Shown in pieces: positions 23,827-31,564 of a DNA stretch of 32,000 nucleotides. Location: NCBI RefSeq assembly GCF_000015805.1, contig NC_009073.1:1380001-1412000 (forward strand). The letters are read 5' to 3'. The stretch comes from Pyrobaculum calidifontis JCM 11548. Lineage in GTDB: Archaea > Thermoproteota > Thermoprotei > Thermoproteales > Thermoproteaceae. Position 1 is the first letter of the stretch, and every line of letters begins with the position of its first letter. Position numbers and translations under genes: made by a program. Below the pieces are notes generated by a model. It was not told the origin of the DNA, did no database searches, and was given only the letters and a program-made list of their open reading frames with translations.

Positions 23827-24624
23827 ATGGAGAAGAGGAAGGTCACTATTAGACATTTTCTAGAGGCTAAGGGGTCTAGGAAGTTGGCCATGGTCACGGC
23901 TTACGACTACCCCACGGCCAGGCTTGTGGACGAGGCGGGGGTAGACGGAATCTTGGTGGGGGACTCTCTGGGCATGGTGGTGCTGGGCTATGAGAACACG
24001 CTCCGGGTCACTCTGAGGGACATGGTGGCCCACGTGGCTGCTGTGGCCCGCGCCAGGCCGAGGGCCCTCGTGGTGGCGGACATGCCGTTTATGACCTACG
24101 AGACTGGGCCGAGGGACGCCCTTAGAGCGGCGGCGAAGCTCGTGAGGGCCGGTGCCGAGGCTGTGAAGCCGGAGGGGGGCGTGGAGATTGTGGACGTGGT
24201 GGAGAAGTTGACTAAGACGGGGGTGCCCGTGATGGGACACATTGGGCTTAACCCCCAGCGCGTTTTGACCCTGGGCGGATTCAGAATGGTAGGGAAAGAT
24301 GAGGAGGCCAGGAGGAAGGTGTTGGAAGACGCCAAGGCTTTGCAAGAGGCAGGCGCCTTCGCCCTAGTAGTGGAGTTCGTCCCTGCCTCTCTGGCTAAGG
24401 AGGTTACAGAGGCTGTGAAGATACCCACCATATGCATAGGCGCGGGGCCTCACTGCGATGGGCAAATCCTCGTGTTACACGACATAATCGGCTTGTCTGA
24501 GAAGCCGCCGAGTTTTGCAAAGCGATACGCCGACGTGGCCTCGATAATTAGAGAGGCCGTGGCTAAATACGTGGCAGAGGTGCGGGAGGGGAAGTTCCCG
24601 ACCCCCGAGCACTACCGCCCATAA
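23827..24624 (+). CDS. panB: 3-methyl-2-oxobutanoate hydroxymethyltransferase (ketopantoate hydroxymethyltransferase)
   Basis: MVTAYDYPTARLVDEAGVDGILVGDSLGMVVLGYENTL, ADMPFMTY, VKPEGG, PVMGHIGLNPQ and IGAGPHCDGQILVLHD are the classical PanB blocks. Confidence 0.9.
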   Translation: MEKRKVTIRHFLEAKGSRKLAMVTAYDYPTARLVDEAGVDGILVGDSLGMVVLGYENTLRVTLRDMVAHVAAVARARPRALVVADMPFMTYETGPRDALRAAAKLVRAGAEAVKPEGGVEIVDVVEKLTKTGVPVMGHIGLNPQRVLTLGGFRMVGKDEEARRKVLEDAKALQEAGAFALVVEFVPASLAKEVTEAVKIPTICIGAGPHCDGQILVLHDIIGLSEKPPSFAKRYADVASIIREAVAKYVAEVREGKFPTPEHYRP

Positions 24625-24625
24625 C

Positions 24626-24631
24626 TTTTTT
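24626..24631 (+). terminator. Oligo-T tract directly after the panB stop
   Basis: TAA at 24622-24624 is followed by cTTTTTT (T6 at 24626-24631). Archaeal terminators are commonly oligo-T runs. There is no experimental support here. Confidence 0.35.
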
Positions 24632-24650
24632 ACCAGGAGTTGGACAATAC

Positions 24651-25145
24651 GTGCTTCCGAAGTCTCTGTTAGAGGAGGCCAAGAGGAGAGGCGTCGACCT
24701 TGTGGAAGTGGTTGCTAAGGCCCTTTCTCTCGACCCGCCAGCCATCGCCGAGGCGCACCTGGAGCTGGCCGAGCGCTTCTTGGAGGAGGGAAGGGGGCTA
24801 GTGGATAAAGACCCTGTGCAGGCCAGCGAGAAGTTGTACAAGGCGGCTGTAGAGGCCGTGAAGGCGGCGGCAGTGTTGTTGGGCCTTGAGGAGGCGGAGA
24901 GGGCAAGGGAGGCAGGCAGGTGGACCGCGGCGCTTCTCTTCAGCGCAGTAGAGAAGTTGGCTGAAAAGACGCAGAGGGAGGTTAGGTGGTGGTGGAGAAC
25001 TGCGTGGGTATTGCACGTGGAGGGATTCCACGAGGCTAGGCTTAAGCCCACTGAAAAAGACGTAGAAGACGTGGAAAATTTAGTCAAGCTTGTGGGAAAA
25101 CTGAAAAAAGGGGATTTAGGGGAAGTACCAGGCGCCGTTGGCTAA
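24651..25145 (+). CDS. PaREP1-like helical (HEPN-related) protein
   Basis: GTG start. The all-helical, Glu/Ala/Lys-rich translation contains AEAHLELAERFLEEGRGLVDKDPVQASEKLYKAAVEAVKAAA and ...WVLHVEGFHEARL. This matches my recollection of the Pyrobaculum PaREP1 family signature. Not verified by search. Confidence 0.5.
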   Translation: MLPKSLLEEAKRRGVDLVEVVAKALSLDPPAIAEAHLELAERFLEEGRGLVDKDPVQASEKLYKAAVEAVKAAAVLLGLEEAERAREAGRWTAALLFSAVEKLAEKTQREVRWWWRTAWVLHVEGFHEARLKPTEKDVEDVENLVKLVGKLKKGDLGEVPGAVG

Positions 25146-25946
25146 GAGGGCTAGTCTTATCAAGAATACCGCTATTATGGCTAAAGCGCCGCCAGCGGCT
25201 ACTCCGAGCTTGTTTCTCGTCAACGCGCTGACGGCGGCTACGGCGGCTAGCACGACGCCGGCAGTGGAGGCGGGGTCTGCCATTGCCGCTGTTGCGCTGT
25301 AGGCCGCGGCGTAGGGGCCTATTGACGAGAGTTGGAGGTGTAACAGCCAAGTGAGAGCCATTAGTCCGCTTCCCGCCGCTATCCAGGGGCCTGTCTCCCT
25401 CTTGCCCACTAGCCCGTACAAACCGCTCCCGGCGGCGAGCCCCATGAAGAGCGCCAGCAGAGGCACGGCGGCGCTGTGCCAGAAGGCTATTCCCCGCTCA
25501 TACGCCAAGACGAGCCCTGTGTAGATCGCGGCAAATACTCCGAAGGCGGCCATCAATGCCCCAAGCGCGTTCATCACAGCCCTACTGCGCCCCCACACGG
25601 CCACTTTGTCTAACGGCCTTATGAGCGGCAACGTGAACAGGAGGGACCAGAGTATGAGCAGGGATATCCCAGTGGCTCCCCACACCATCCAGCTAGAGAG
25701 GTTAGCACGTGGATTCACAAATGGGAATACCAACATGCCGGCTGTGGGCGGCTTTAACAGCTCGGAGGCCAGTATGCCCAGCGCGGCTGCCGGCAACACG
25801 ACGCCGAGGACGCCGCCTAGGGCCGCCCACTTGGCCTCGCCTCTTCTCCACAGCACGTAGGCCCACACCACCGCGAAGCTGGCTATTGCTAACAACGTCA
25901 TCTCCACAGCGACTGGTAGACCCCAGACCTCGTTGCGGACTATCAT
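25116..25946 (-). CDS. NrfD/PsrC-family membrane anchor subunit
   Basis: 276 aa, about 8 TM. 4-nt overlap with the FeS subunit gene. It is the last gene of the A-B-C operon and overlaps the PaREP1-like gene convergently by 30 nt. Confidence 0.7.
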   Translation of the reverse strand: MIVRNEVWGLPVAVEMTLLAIASFAVVWAYVLWRRGEAKWAALGGVLGVVLPAAALGILASELLKPPTAGMLVFPFVNPRANLSSWMVWGATGISLLILWSLLFTLPLIRPLDKVAVWGRSRAVMNALGALMAAFGVFAAIYTGLVLAYERGIAFWHSAAVPLLALFMGLAAGSGLYGLVGKRETGPWIAAGSGLMALTWLLHLQLSSIGPYAAAYSATAAMADPASTAGVVLAAVAAVSALTRNKLGVAAGGALAIIAVFLIRLALLANGAWYFP

Positions 25947-26632
25947 AGCCCCACGTAGTACACTCTTCCTCCAGTTCCAAGGTCTGGCCTTGCCAACTTG
26001 GCCTTGCCGCTTCTCACAAGCTCGGCAACTGGGTCGCTTGGGTCGTCCAAGTCGCCGAACATTCTAGACTTGGTGGGGCACACCTCCACACACGCCGGCG
26101 TCCACAGCTTCCCATCTCCGGCGTATCTGTGGTAGCAGAAGGTGCACTTGTCCACTGCGTCTACTCTAAACGCCCACTTGTTTGGCACAGGAGGCTTAAA
26201 CATGACTCCGCCGTAGGCCTCGCCGGCCGCGGCCTCTTTCACAAGGGGCGCCTCCTCGGCCTCGCGCCACTCGTGGGGCTCTGGCCTATACCTAGACCCG
26301 TAGGGGCAGGCCACTATGCAGTAACCACAGCCGATGCACAGCTCCTTGTCCACCAACACGACGCCCTCCTCTGTCTTATACGTAGCGCCCGTTGGACACA
26401 CCCTCTGACACGGCGTATTTTCACAGTGGTAGCACAGAGATGAGATAAACTTCCTCGCCGGCATATCTGACTCACGCCAATCCACCCAAGTCCTCAGTTT
26501 CACAGTCTGAGGCCTCCCCACGCTCTTTGGCCTAGCCGCAGTGAAGACTTGGCCGTGTTCAATTACACAAGCGGCTACGCAGGCGCGGCAGCCGACGCAC
26601 TTGCCTACGTCTATGACGAATACCGGCCTCAT
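25943..26632 (-). CDS. 4x[4Fe-4S] electron-transfer subunit (PsrB/TtrB-like)
   Basis: Cys clusters CVGCRACVAAC, CYHCENTPCQRVCP, CIGCGYCIVACP, CTFC...CVEVCP. No signal peptide. Confidence 0.8.
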   Translation of the reverse strand: MRPVFVIDVGKCVGCRACVAACVIEHGQVFTAARPKSVGRPQTVKLRTWVDWRESDMPARKFISSLCYHCENTPCQRVCPTGATYKTEEGVVLVDKELCIGCGYCIVACPYGSRYRPEPHEWREAEEAPLVKEAAAGEAYGGVMFKPPVPNKWAFRVDAVDKCTFCYHRYAGDGKLWTPACVEVCPTKSRMFGDLDDPSDPVAELVRSGKAKLARPDLGTGGRVYYVGL

Positions 26633-29600
26633 ACCCTCACCACCTCTACCACTGTGTTACCCATGGCCCCAGGCGTGCCCAATTTCCCAGCCATCATAGC
26701 GCCGAAGTAGTTGTCGTCGCTGTCCCCCGCCCTTATGTCGGCCAGCTTCGCCGCCTTGACCCTCAGCCGGCCCTTTGGCACAAGCCAGTAGTGGTATATG
26801 GCGATGATGTCCGGCCTAACCATGTTCGTCACCCTCACCTTGAACCTGGCCGTGGGGACGTTTTGGGCGCCCACGGCCTTTAATTGCTCAAGGACCTTGG
26901 GCGCCGCGGGCCTTACCTCAATCCAGTCCCCGTCCTTCACGCCGAGGGCCGCCGCGGTGGACGGGTGAATCCACGCAGTGAGGAGCTCGTCGGGCGTCAG
27001 AGTGTTTAGGAGCATGTTGTTCTGAGTGTGGCTGTGGGTGTGGGTATATGGCCCGTGGCGGTATACCAACAACAACCTCTTTGGCGGCTGCGGCGGGACG
27101 AGGCCGTTGACCTCGATGTCCGGCGTGGGAGGCGCCGTGGCCCACATGTAGTCTGGCCTAGCCATGCCCGCGTAGAGAGGCACTGGGGAGAACAGGGGGT
27201 CTACGCCGCTCTTTGTCCCTTCGAGGTCGGAGGGGTCTATAGACGTGGCTGGCTTGCCGAAGACTCTCGACACGTCGTAGGCCAAGTTTATGCTGTATAT
27301 CTCCACTCTCCCACTCGGCGTGGGGAATGGCACAGTGCCCGCAGTGATGGGCGCATTGTAGTGTATAGTCCTCCACAGCCACTGCTCTAGAGATACGTCG
27401 TATTTCACGGGCTTGTACACGTGGACTCTCACCTTCACCTCCCTGCCGAGCGCCTGCGACCACCTCTCGTCTACAACTGTCTCTATCCGGCCCGTGGGCA
27501 CGAGCACCATGTAGCCGCCCATCTTGTACAAGTCGTCCACCGTTGGAGCTCTCACGTTGCCCTGCTCGTCGACAATCCTAATCCTCCTAAACGTGGCGTT
27601 GATGAAGTTCCTCAGATTTGTTATTGGGAATATGCCGTCCTCTGTGATCATTCCCACGGGCATGTTCTGAGACCAGTCTGTCCCATCTCTCGCCTTGACG
27701 CCGAGCTGTTGCAACCGCCTCGCAATCATTAGCAAAACCTCGAATATTGTGCGCCCGTCCCTGGAGCGGTACTGCTTGTCCAACTCCCCCGGCTTAGCCC
27801 CCTGTTGTATCTTCGCCATGTACTCCTCGTAGTACCACGGGAATCTGACAGAGATGGCTGGGAACGGGGAGAACGGGCCGGGCAACGCCAAGTCCATCCT
27901 CTCGAGGTAGGGCAAGTCGGGGAGTATTAAGTCAGCGAAGGCCGTGGTGTCGTTGAACTGTATGTCGTGGACAATTACGAGGTCGAGCTCTCTGAAGATC
28001 TGTTCCACCAGCCTGGAGTTGCCTATCTGCGGTATTGGGTTAGAGCCTACGATGAACACAACCTTGGTCTTAAAGGGCTTGCCGTGTACCACGCTTTCGT
28101 ACAGCGCCTGTACAGTGTCGTACGGGTAGAGGTAGCCCTTCTTCTCGGCCTCCTCGGCCCACTTCTCCACTAGGGCAGGGACGGGTGGGGCGCCTCTGTC
28201 GCTGGGGCCTGGCAGCGGAGGCGCCACTGGGATGACGTATATGCCGCCTAGGTTAGCTGAGACGTACTCGCTGAAGGTGGCCCCACGTATTGTCTTATAC
28301 GGCACGTCCTTCCTAGTGTACTTAAGCACCTTGGTGTATATGTCGGAGTAGGGCATTATGAGGTGCGTCAACAGGAAGATGCCGCCTGGCTGCTGTATGC
28401 GGCCCAGCAGTGCCATTACTATCCCAACGGCTCTCCACGTCTGCGGCGAGTTGGAGTAGCGGGGGTCGTGCCAGCCGATGGGCGCCACGGCGCGGTGCTT
28501 GGCAACAATCTCCGCCGCCTTCCTCAAGTCTTCCACCGAGACGTCGGCCTCCTTTGCCGCAGCCTCCATGTAGTCGGCGACGCCGTGCTTCTTCGCGAGG
28601 GCGGCCAAGTTGGCGTCTACCCACTCCTTCAGGATGGTGAGCGCTGTCTTGACCTTCGCCGTGGTCCCGTCTTTTAGCTGTACCTCGTACTCGCCGAATA
28701 GGGCCGGCTTAGCCGCGGCGTTGTCTGGCGCAGGGGCGTTGGCGGCGGCGTCCCACACCACGTAGGCAAAGGCCTTGGGCTCAGATGCGCCGTACTTGGC
28801 CCAGTCTACCTCAGAGGCTAGGAGGGGTATCCCGTTGTCTAGCCTAATTAGGAAGGGGGCGTTGGTATATCTGACGAGGTAGGGCTCTGCGTAGTAGCCG
28901 TTGTCCAGTATGTACTTAATAAAGGCCAGGAGGACGGCGAGGTCTGTGCCCGGCTTAACCGGCAGCCAGACGTCTGCGTAGGAGGCGGTCTCGTCGAATA
29001 CTGGGCTTAGCACCACGAGCTTGGCCCCCCTCTTCACGGCCTCCATGAAGCGCCACGTTTCTGTCACAACGCCGGCGCCTATGACGTTGCGCCGCACCAC
29101 AAGTATGGCCTCCGCCTCGCCGTAGTCTACACACACGGTGTGGGCTTGGTGGCCGTGGCCCCACGTGAGCCAGTGGCCGAGGTAGCGGGGGTATGTGCAG
29201 TACGGGTTGTCAAAGGTTATTATCCCTCCGCCGAAGGTGTCGGCGAATCTAGAGATGGGGACTCCTGCCCTCATTGACGCCGTGGGGCCCCAGGCGCCGA
29301 AGAGGAACGTGAAGGCGTGCCTCTCGTTGTTGTCGGCGAGCTCCTTGAGCTTCTTCGCTATTATCTCAATGGCCGTGTTCCAGTCCACTTCTACAAAGTC
29401 GTCGTACTTCCCCCTGTTCTGTGAGAGCTGGCGCTTTGCCTCCTCCCAGCTGATCTTCCCCTGGGCCCAGTCCACCAGCGCCCTCCTGGCCATGGGCTTC
29501 TTTATGGCGTCTGGGTTAAGCCACGTACTAAACGTGCCCGAGACCCCCCTGGCGCATATCCCCATGGCGCTGGTGGGAGCGTTGGTGTTCGGCCTAATTC

Positions 29601-29805
29601 TCACCGGCTTCCCGTTCGCCACGTCTACATAGATGGCGCACTGCGCCATACACATCCCGCATATAGACGGCACCGAGGTGACCTTCACAGCGCTTGGCGC
29701 CTGTTGTCCCACCTGCTCCGCGGCCTTGATTAAAACACCGGCGACACCTCCAACAATGCCTATGGTAATACCAGCTTTAATTACATCACGCCTAGAGATA
29801 GACAT
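26629..29805 (-). CDS. Large (1058 aa) molybdopterin (DMSO reductase family) oxidoreductase catalytic subunit. The size is TtrA-like; the substrate is not assignable.
   Basis: Tat signal MSISRRDVIKAGITIGIVGG. FeS0 motif CGMCMAQC-x27-C. Followed by FeS and NrfD subunit genes, each with a 4-nt overlap. Confidence 0.8.
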   Translation of the reverse strand: MSISRRDVIKAGITIGIVGGVAGVLIKAAEQVGQQAPSAVKVTSVPSICGMCMAQCAIYVDVANGKPVRIRPNTNAPTSAMGICARGVSGTFSTWLNPDAIKKPMARRALVDWAQGKISWEEAKRQLSQNRGKYDDFVEVDWNTAIEIIAKKLKELADNNERHAFTFLFGAWGPTASMRAGVPISRFADTFGGGIITFDNPYCTYPRYLGHWLTWGHGHQAHTVCVDYGEAEAILVVRRNVIGAGVVTETWRFMEAVKRGAKLVVLSPVFDETASYADVWLPVKPGTDLAVLLAFIKYILDNGYYAEPYLVRYTNAPFLIRLDNGIPLLASEVDWAKYGASEPKAFAYVVWDAAANAPAPDNAAAKPALFGEYEVQLKDGTTAKVKTALTILKEWVDANLAALAKKHGVADYMEAAAKEADVSVEDLRKAAEIVAKHRAVAPIGWHDPRYSNSPQTWRAVGIVMALLGRIQQPGGIFLLTHLIMPYSDIYTKVLKYTRKDVPYKTIRGATFSEYVSANLGGIYVIPVAPPLPGPSDRGAPPVPALVEKWAEEAEKKGYLYPYDTVQALYESVVHGKPFKTKVVFIVGSNPIPQIGNSRLVEQIFRELDLVIVHDIQFNDTTAFADLILPDLPYLERMDLALPGPFSPFPAISVRFPWYYEEYMAKIQQGAKPGELDKQYRSRDGRTIFEVLLMIARRLQQLGVKARDGTDWSQNMPVGMITEDGIFPITNLRNFINATFRRIRIVDEQGNVRAPTVDDLYKMGGYMVLVPTGRIETVVDERWSQALGREVKVRVHVYKPVKYDVSLEQWLWRTIHYNAPITAGTVPFPTPSGRVEIYSINLAYDVSRVFGKPATSIDPSDLEGTKSGVDPLFSPVPLYAGMARPDYMWATAPPTPDIEVNGLVPPQPPKRLLLVYRHGPYTHTHSHTQNNMLLNTLTPDELLTAWIHPSTAAALGVKDGDWIEVRPAAPKVLEQLKAVGAQNVPTARFKVRVTNMVRPDIIAIYHYWLVPKGRLRVKAAKLADIRAGDSDDNYFGAMMAGKLGTPGAMGNTVVEVVRV

Positions 29806-29837
29806 GTGTTATACGAATGCTTTTATTTTTAAACGTT

Positions 29838-29905
29838 TGTATTAATAATGGACAAGAGTTAACACAGTATATGTCTATTGTACACCTGTGTACACTTTAT
29901 ATACA
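29838..29905 (-). promoter_or_regulatory. Extended hexamer cluster upstream of the 1058-aa oxidoreductase gene
   Basis: TGTATT (29838-29843)-n5-TGGACA (29849-29854), with the latter starting 44 nt from the ATG at 29805. Distal hexamers: TGTACA 29879-29884, TGTACA 29889-29894, TATACA 29900-29905. A TATA-like TTTAAAAATAAAA (plus 29821-29833) is present. The distal part overlaps the stop of the RHH gene (29897). Confidence 0.55.
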
Positions 29906-30334
29906 CTCCACTTCGAGGAAGTCGCCCCGTTCTCTGCAATTGCACCCAACTCCGACGAAGAGGCCACAGAGCGTGGCCCTCATCTGGGGGTCGCTCACTC
30001 GGAAGAGGTTGTTCCCCACCCTGTATGCAGACATCACCTGGGGCCCCACGCATGTAACTACCTCGAAGAACTCCCTAGGCGTGTAGTACGCGCGGAGCAA
30101 CATCCCAGCATTGACGCCGACTTCGTAGCCAGATCTGCCAGGCCCAACACTCCTAGTAATTCTGCAGATGTGTATTAGGTCAATGGGGTCAATGCCGTGG
30201 TCTACGGCGTCTATAAGCGCCTGTATCGCCGCCTCTACAACCTCGGAGGGCCTCCTCCCCACTTTTTTCACCTTTTGAGAAAACTCTTGGGCGAGGGCTT
30301 GGTCTACGGCCAGGCGGGCATAACGCTGAGGCAT
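29897..30334 (-). CDS. Ribbon-helix-helix (CopG/Arc-like) N-terminal domain protein with a Cys-containing C-terminal domain of unknown function. Candidate transcription regulator.
   Basis: The N-terminus is RYARLAVDQALAQEFSQKVKKVGRRPSEVVEAAIQALIDAV. This fits the pattern beta-strand, helix, G-x-x-x-SE, helix. The C-terminal ~90 aa have no motif I recognise and include 5 Cys residues. Confidence 0.55.
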   Translation of the reverse strand: MPQRYARLAVDQALAQEFSQKVKKVGRRPSEVVEAAIQALIDAVDHGIDPIDLIHICRITRSVGPGRSGYEVGVNAGMLLRAYYTPREFFEVVTCVGPQVMSAYRVGNNLFRVSDPQMRATLCGLFVGVGCNCRERGDFLEVECI

Positions 30335-30351
30335 GTACTACCGTAGTACAT
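30333..30351 (-). promoter_or_regulatory. Perfect 8-3-8 palindrome ATGTACTA-ccg-TAGTACAT over the start of the RHH gene (candidate operator)
   Basis: Read directly: 30333-30340 ATGTACTA, 30344-30351 TAGTACAT. The palindrome includes the first two bases of the start codon (30334-30333), which spans 30332-30334. A TATA-like TTTTATATC (plus gatataaaa, 30355-30363) lies immediately upstream in gene orientation. Confidence 0.6.
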
Positions 30352-30364
30352 CTAGATATAAAAA

Positions 30365-30931
30365 TTATCCACAAGTAATCTCTGCTGTTATTACGTTTTT
30401 CTCCACGGCGATTTTTGGCTGACATTTCCATTGTCGTATGGCTTCTTCTGCGAATGTGGCTAGGCATTTTGCCGATTTTTCGCCGGGGGCTATGAAGACT
30501 ATTCTCCACGTCTCTCCCCGGCGGGTGAAGCTTAGGCGGGCCGTTGGGAATAGGGCGAAGAACTGGGCCGCCGTCTGTACCAGCTCGGGGAATGTGAAGC
30601 GTGCAGAGGCCAGTTGGCCAAACCTTGCCCCCATCTCTCTCAGCGCCTTAGCCACGTCTCCGTCTTCACACACTCCCCACTTCTCGGCAAAGAGCTCCAA
30701 AAGCGGAAGAGGCACGGGGACGACGTCGAAGGCAAGGGCAAGCTCCACCAGCCTAAACATCTCTAAACCCCTAGAAGGAGAAATACCACGACGAAAAAGC
30801 TCCACAGCCAAGCGGAGGGCGTCTGAGGAAAACCTTATGAGAGAGAGTCTTTGGCTTTTTGCGAGGGCGGAGGCCTCCTTTGCCACGTCGCCTTCGACTG
30901 GTATCGTGGTTCTCGGCGTCTCTTCTTCCAT
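30365..30931 (-). CDS. Protein with a possible ribbon-helix-helix-like N-terminus and an unknown C-terminal domain
   Basis: TTIPVEGDVAKEASALAKSQRLSLIRFSSDALRLAVELF has a strand-helix-helix pattern, weaker than in the downstream gene. 188 aa, with no other recognisable motif. Confidence 0.4.
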   Translation of the reverse strand: MEEETPRTTIPVEGDVAKEASALAKSQRLSLIRFSSDALRLAVELFRRGISPSRGLEMFRLVELALAFDVVPVPLPLLELFAEKWGVCEDGDVAKALREMGARFGQLASARFTFPELVQTAAQFFALFPTARLSFTRRGETWRIVFIAPGEKSAKCLATFAEEAIRQWKCQPKIAVEKNVITAEITCG

Positions 30932-30953
30932 GTGCGCAACTCATTGCTTCCTT

Positions 30954-31385
30954 TTAAGGCTTCACGGCTTGTAGCTTCATGCCTCCCTCTAGTCCCCCCT
31001 CGGGGAAGTACCAGTCTTTTACTATCTTGAAGCCGCACTGCTCTAGCAGTTTTCCAAGTCTGGTCTCCCCTGGCGGGGTTCCCCTCTGGAGCTGGGCCAG
31101 GGTCTCTTTGTCGCCGACGTATTCGAGGTAGAGGACGTCGCCGGGCTCCATGTGGCGGTGGAGGACGCAGAGGACGTGGCGCAGCTCCTCGGCGGAGGCG
31201 CCTTGGCTTATGTTGAAGACCTCTGCCCACGGCGAGTAGTAGGGCGGGCGGCCCTTGAAGACTTTTACAACGCACAGCGCCTCCCCGCCCCTGTAGATTA
31301 TGAAGTCCACCTCCTCGGGGTAGCGGCCCCTCTTTGCCACAGCTCTCAGAGGCGCAAAGGCCGAGGGCTCCAACTCAGCCAGCAC
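30954..31385 (-). CDS. Conserved-looking hypothetical protein (143 aa)
   Basis: Clean ORF with a GTG start and a TATA-like element (plus tatttata, 31403-31410) 18-25 nt upstream. No motif recognised. It lies 22 nt upstream of the next gene, so it is probably co-transcribed. Confidence 0.5.
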   Translation of the reverse strand: MLAELEPSAFAPLRAVAKRGRYPEEVDFIIYRGGEALCVVKVFKGRPPYYSPWAEVFNISQGASAEELRHVLCVLHRHMEPGDVLYLEYVGDKETLAQLQRGTPPGETRLGKLLEQCGFKIVKDWYFPEGGLEGGMKLQAVKP

Positions 31386-31564
31386 GGCCGCACCTCGTCA
31401 AGTATTTATATCTATGTCTAATTGTCGGCGTGGCCGCTCTTTTGAGCCTTGTGGACGTGGTCATCGCAATAGCCTCCTCGTCGGCTACCCTAGGCCGCTG
31501 GCTGGCCGCCCAGCTGATAAAAATCCAGAGGGGTGAGCACGTGTTGAAGGCGGGGGGCTAGCCT

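Noticed and set aside
31430-31561. A small ORF (about 43 aa, VAALLSLVDVVIAIASSSATLGRWLAAQLIKIQRGEHVLKAGG) with a GTG start about 20-25 nt after a TATA-like box, just upstream of the phosphoesterase gene.
   Set aside because: The promoter geometry is plausible. However, the ORF is short, has no motif, and cannot be distinguished from a 5' leader by sequence alone. It was not reported as a feature.
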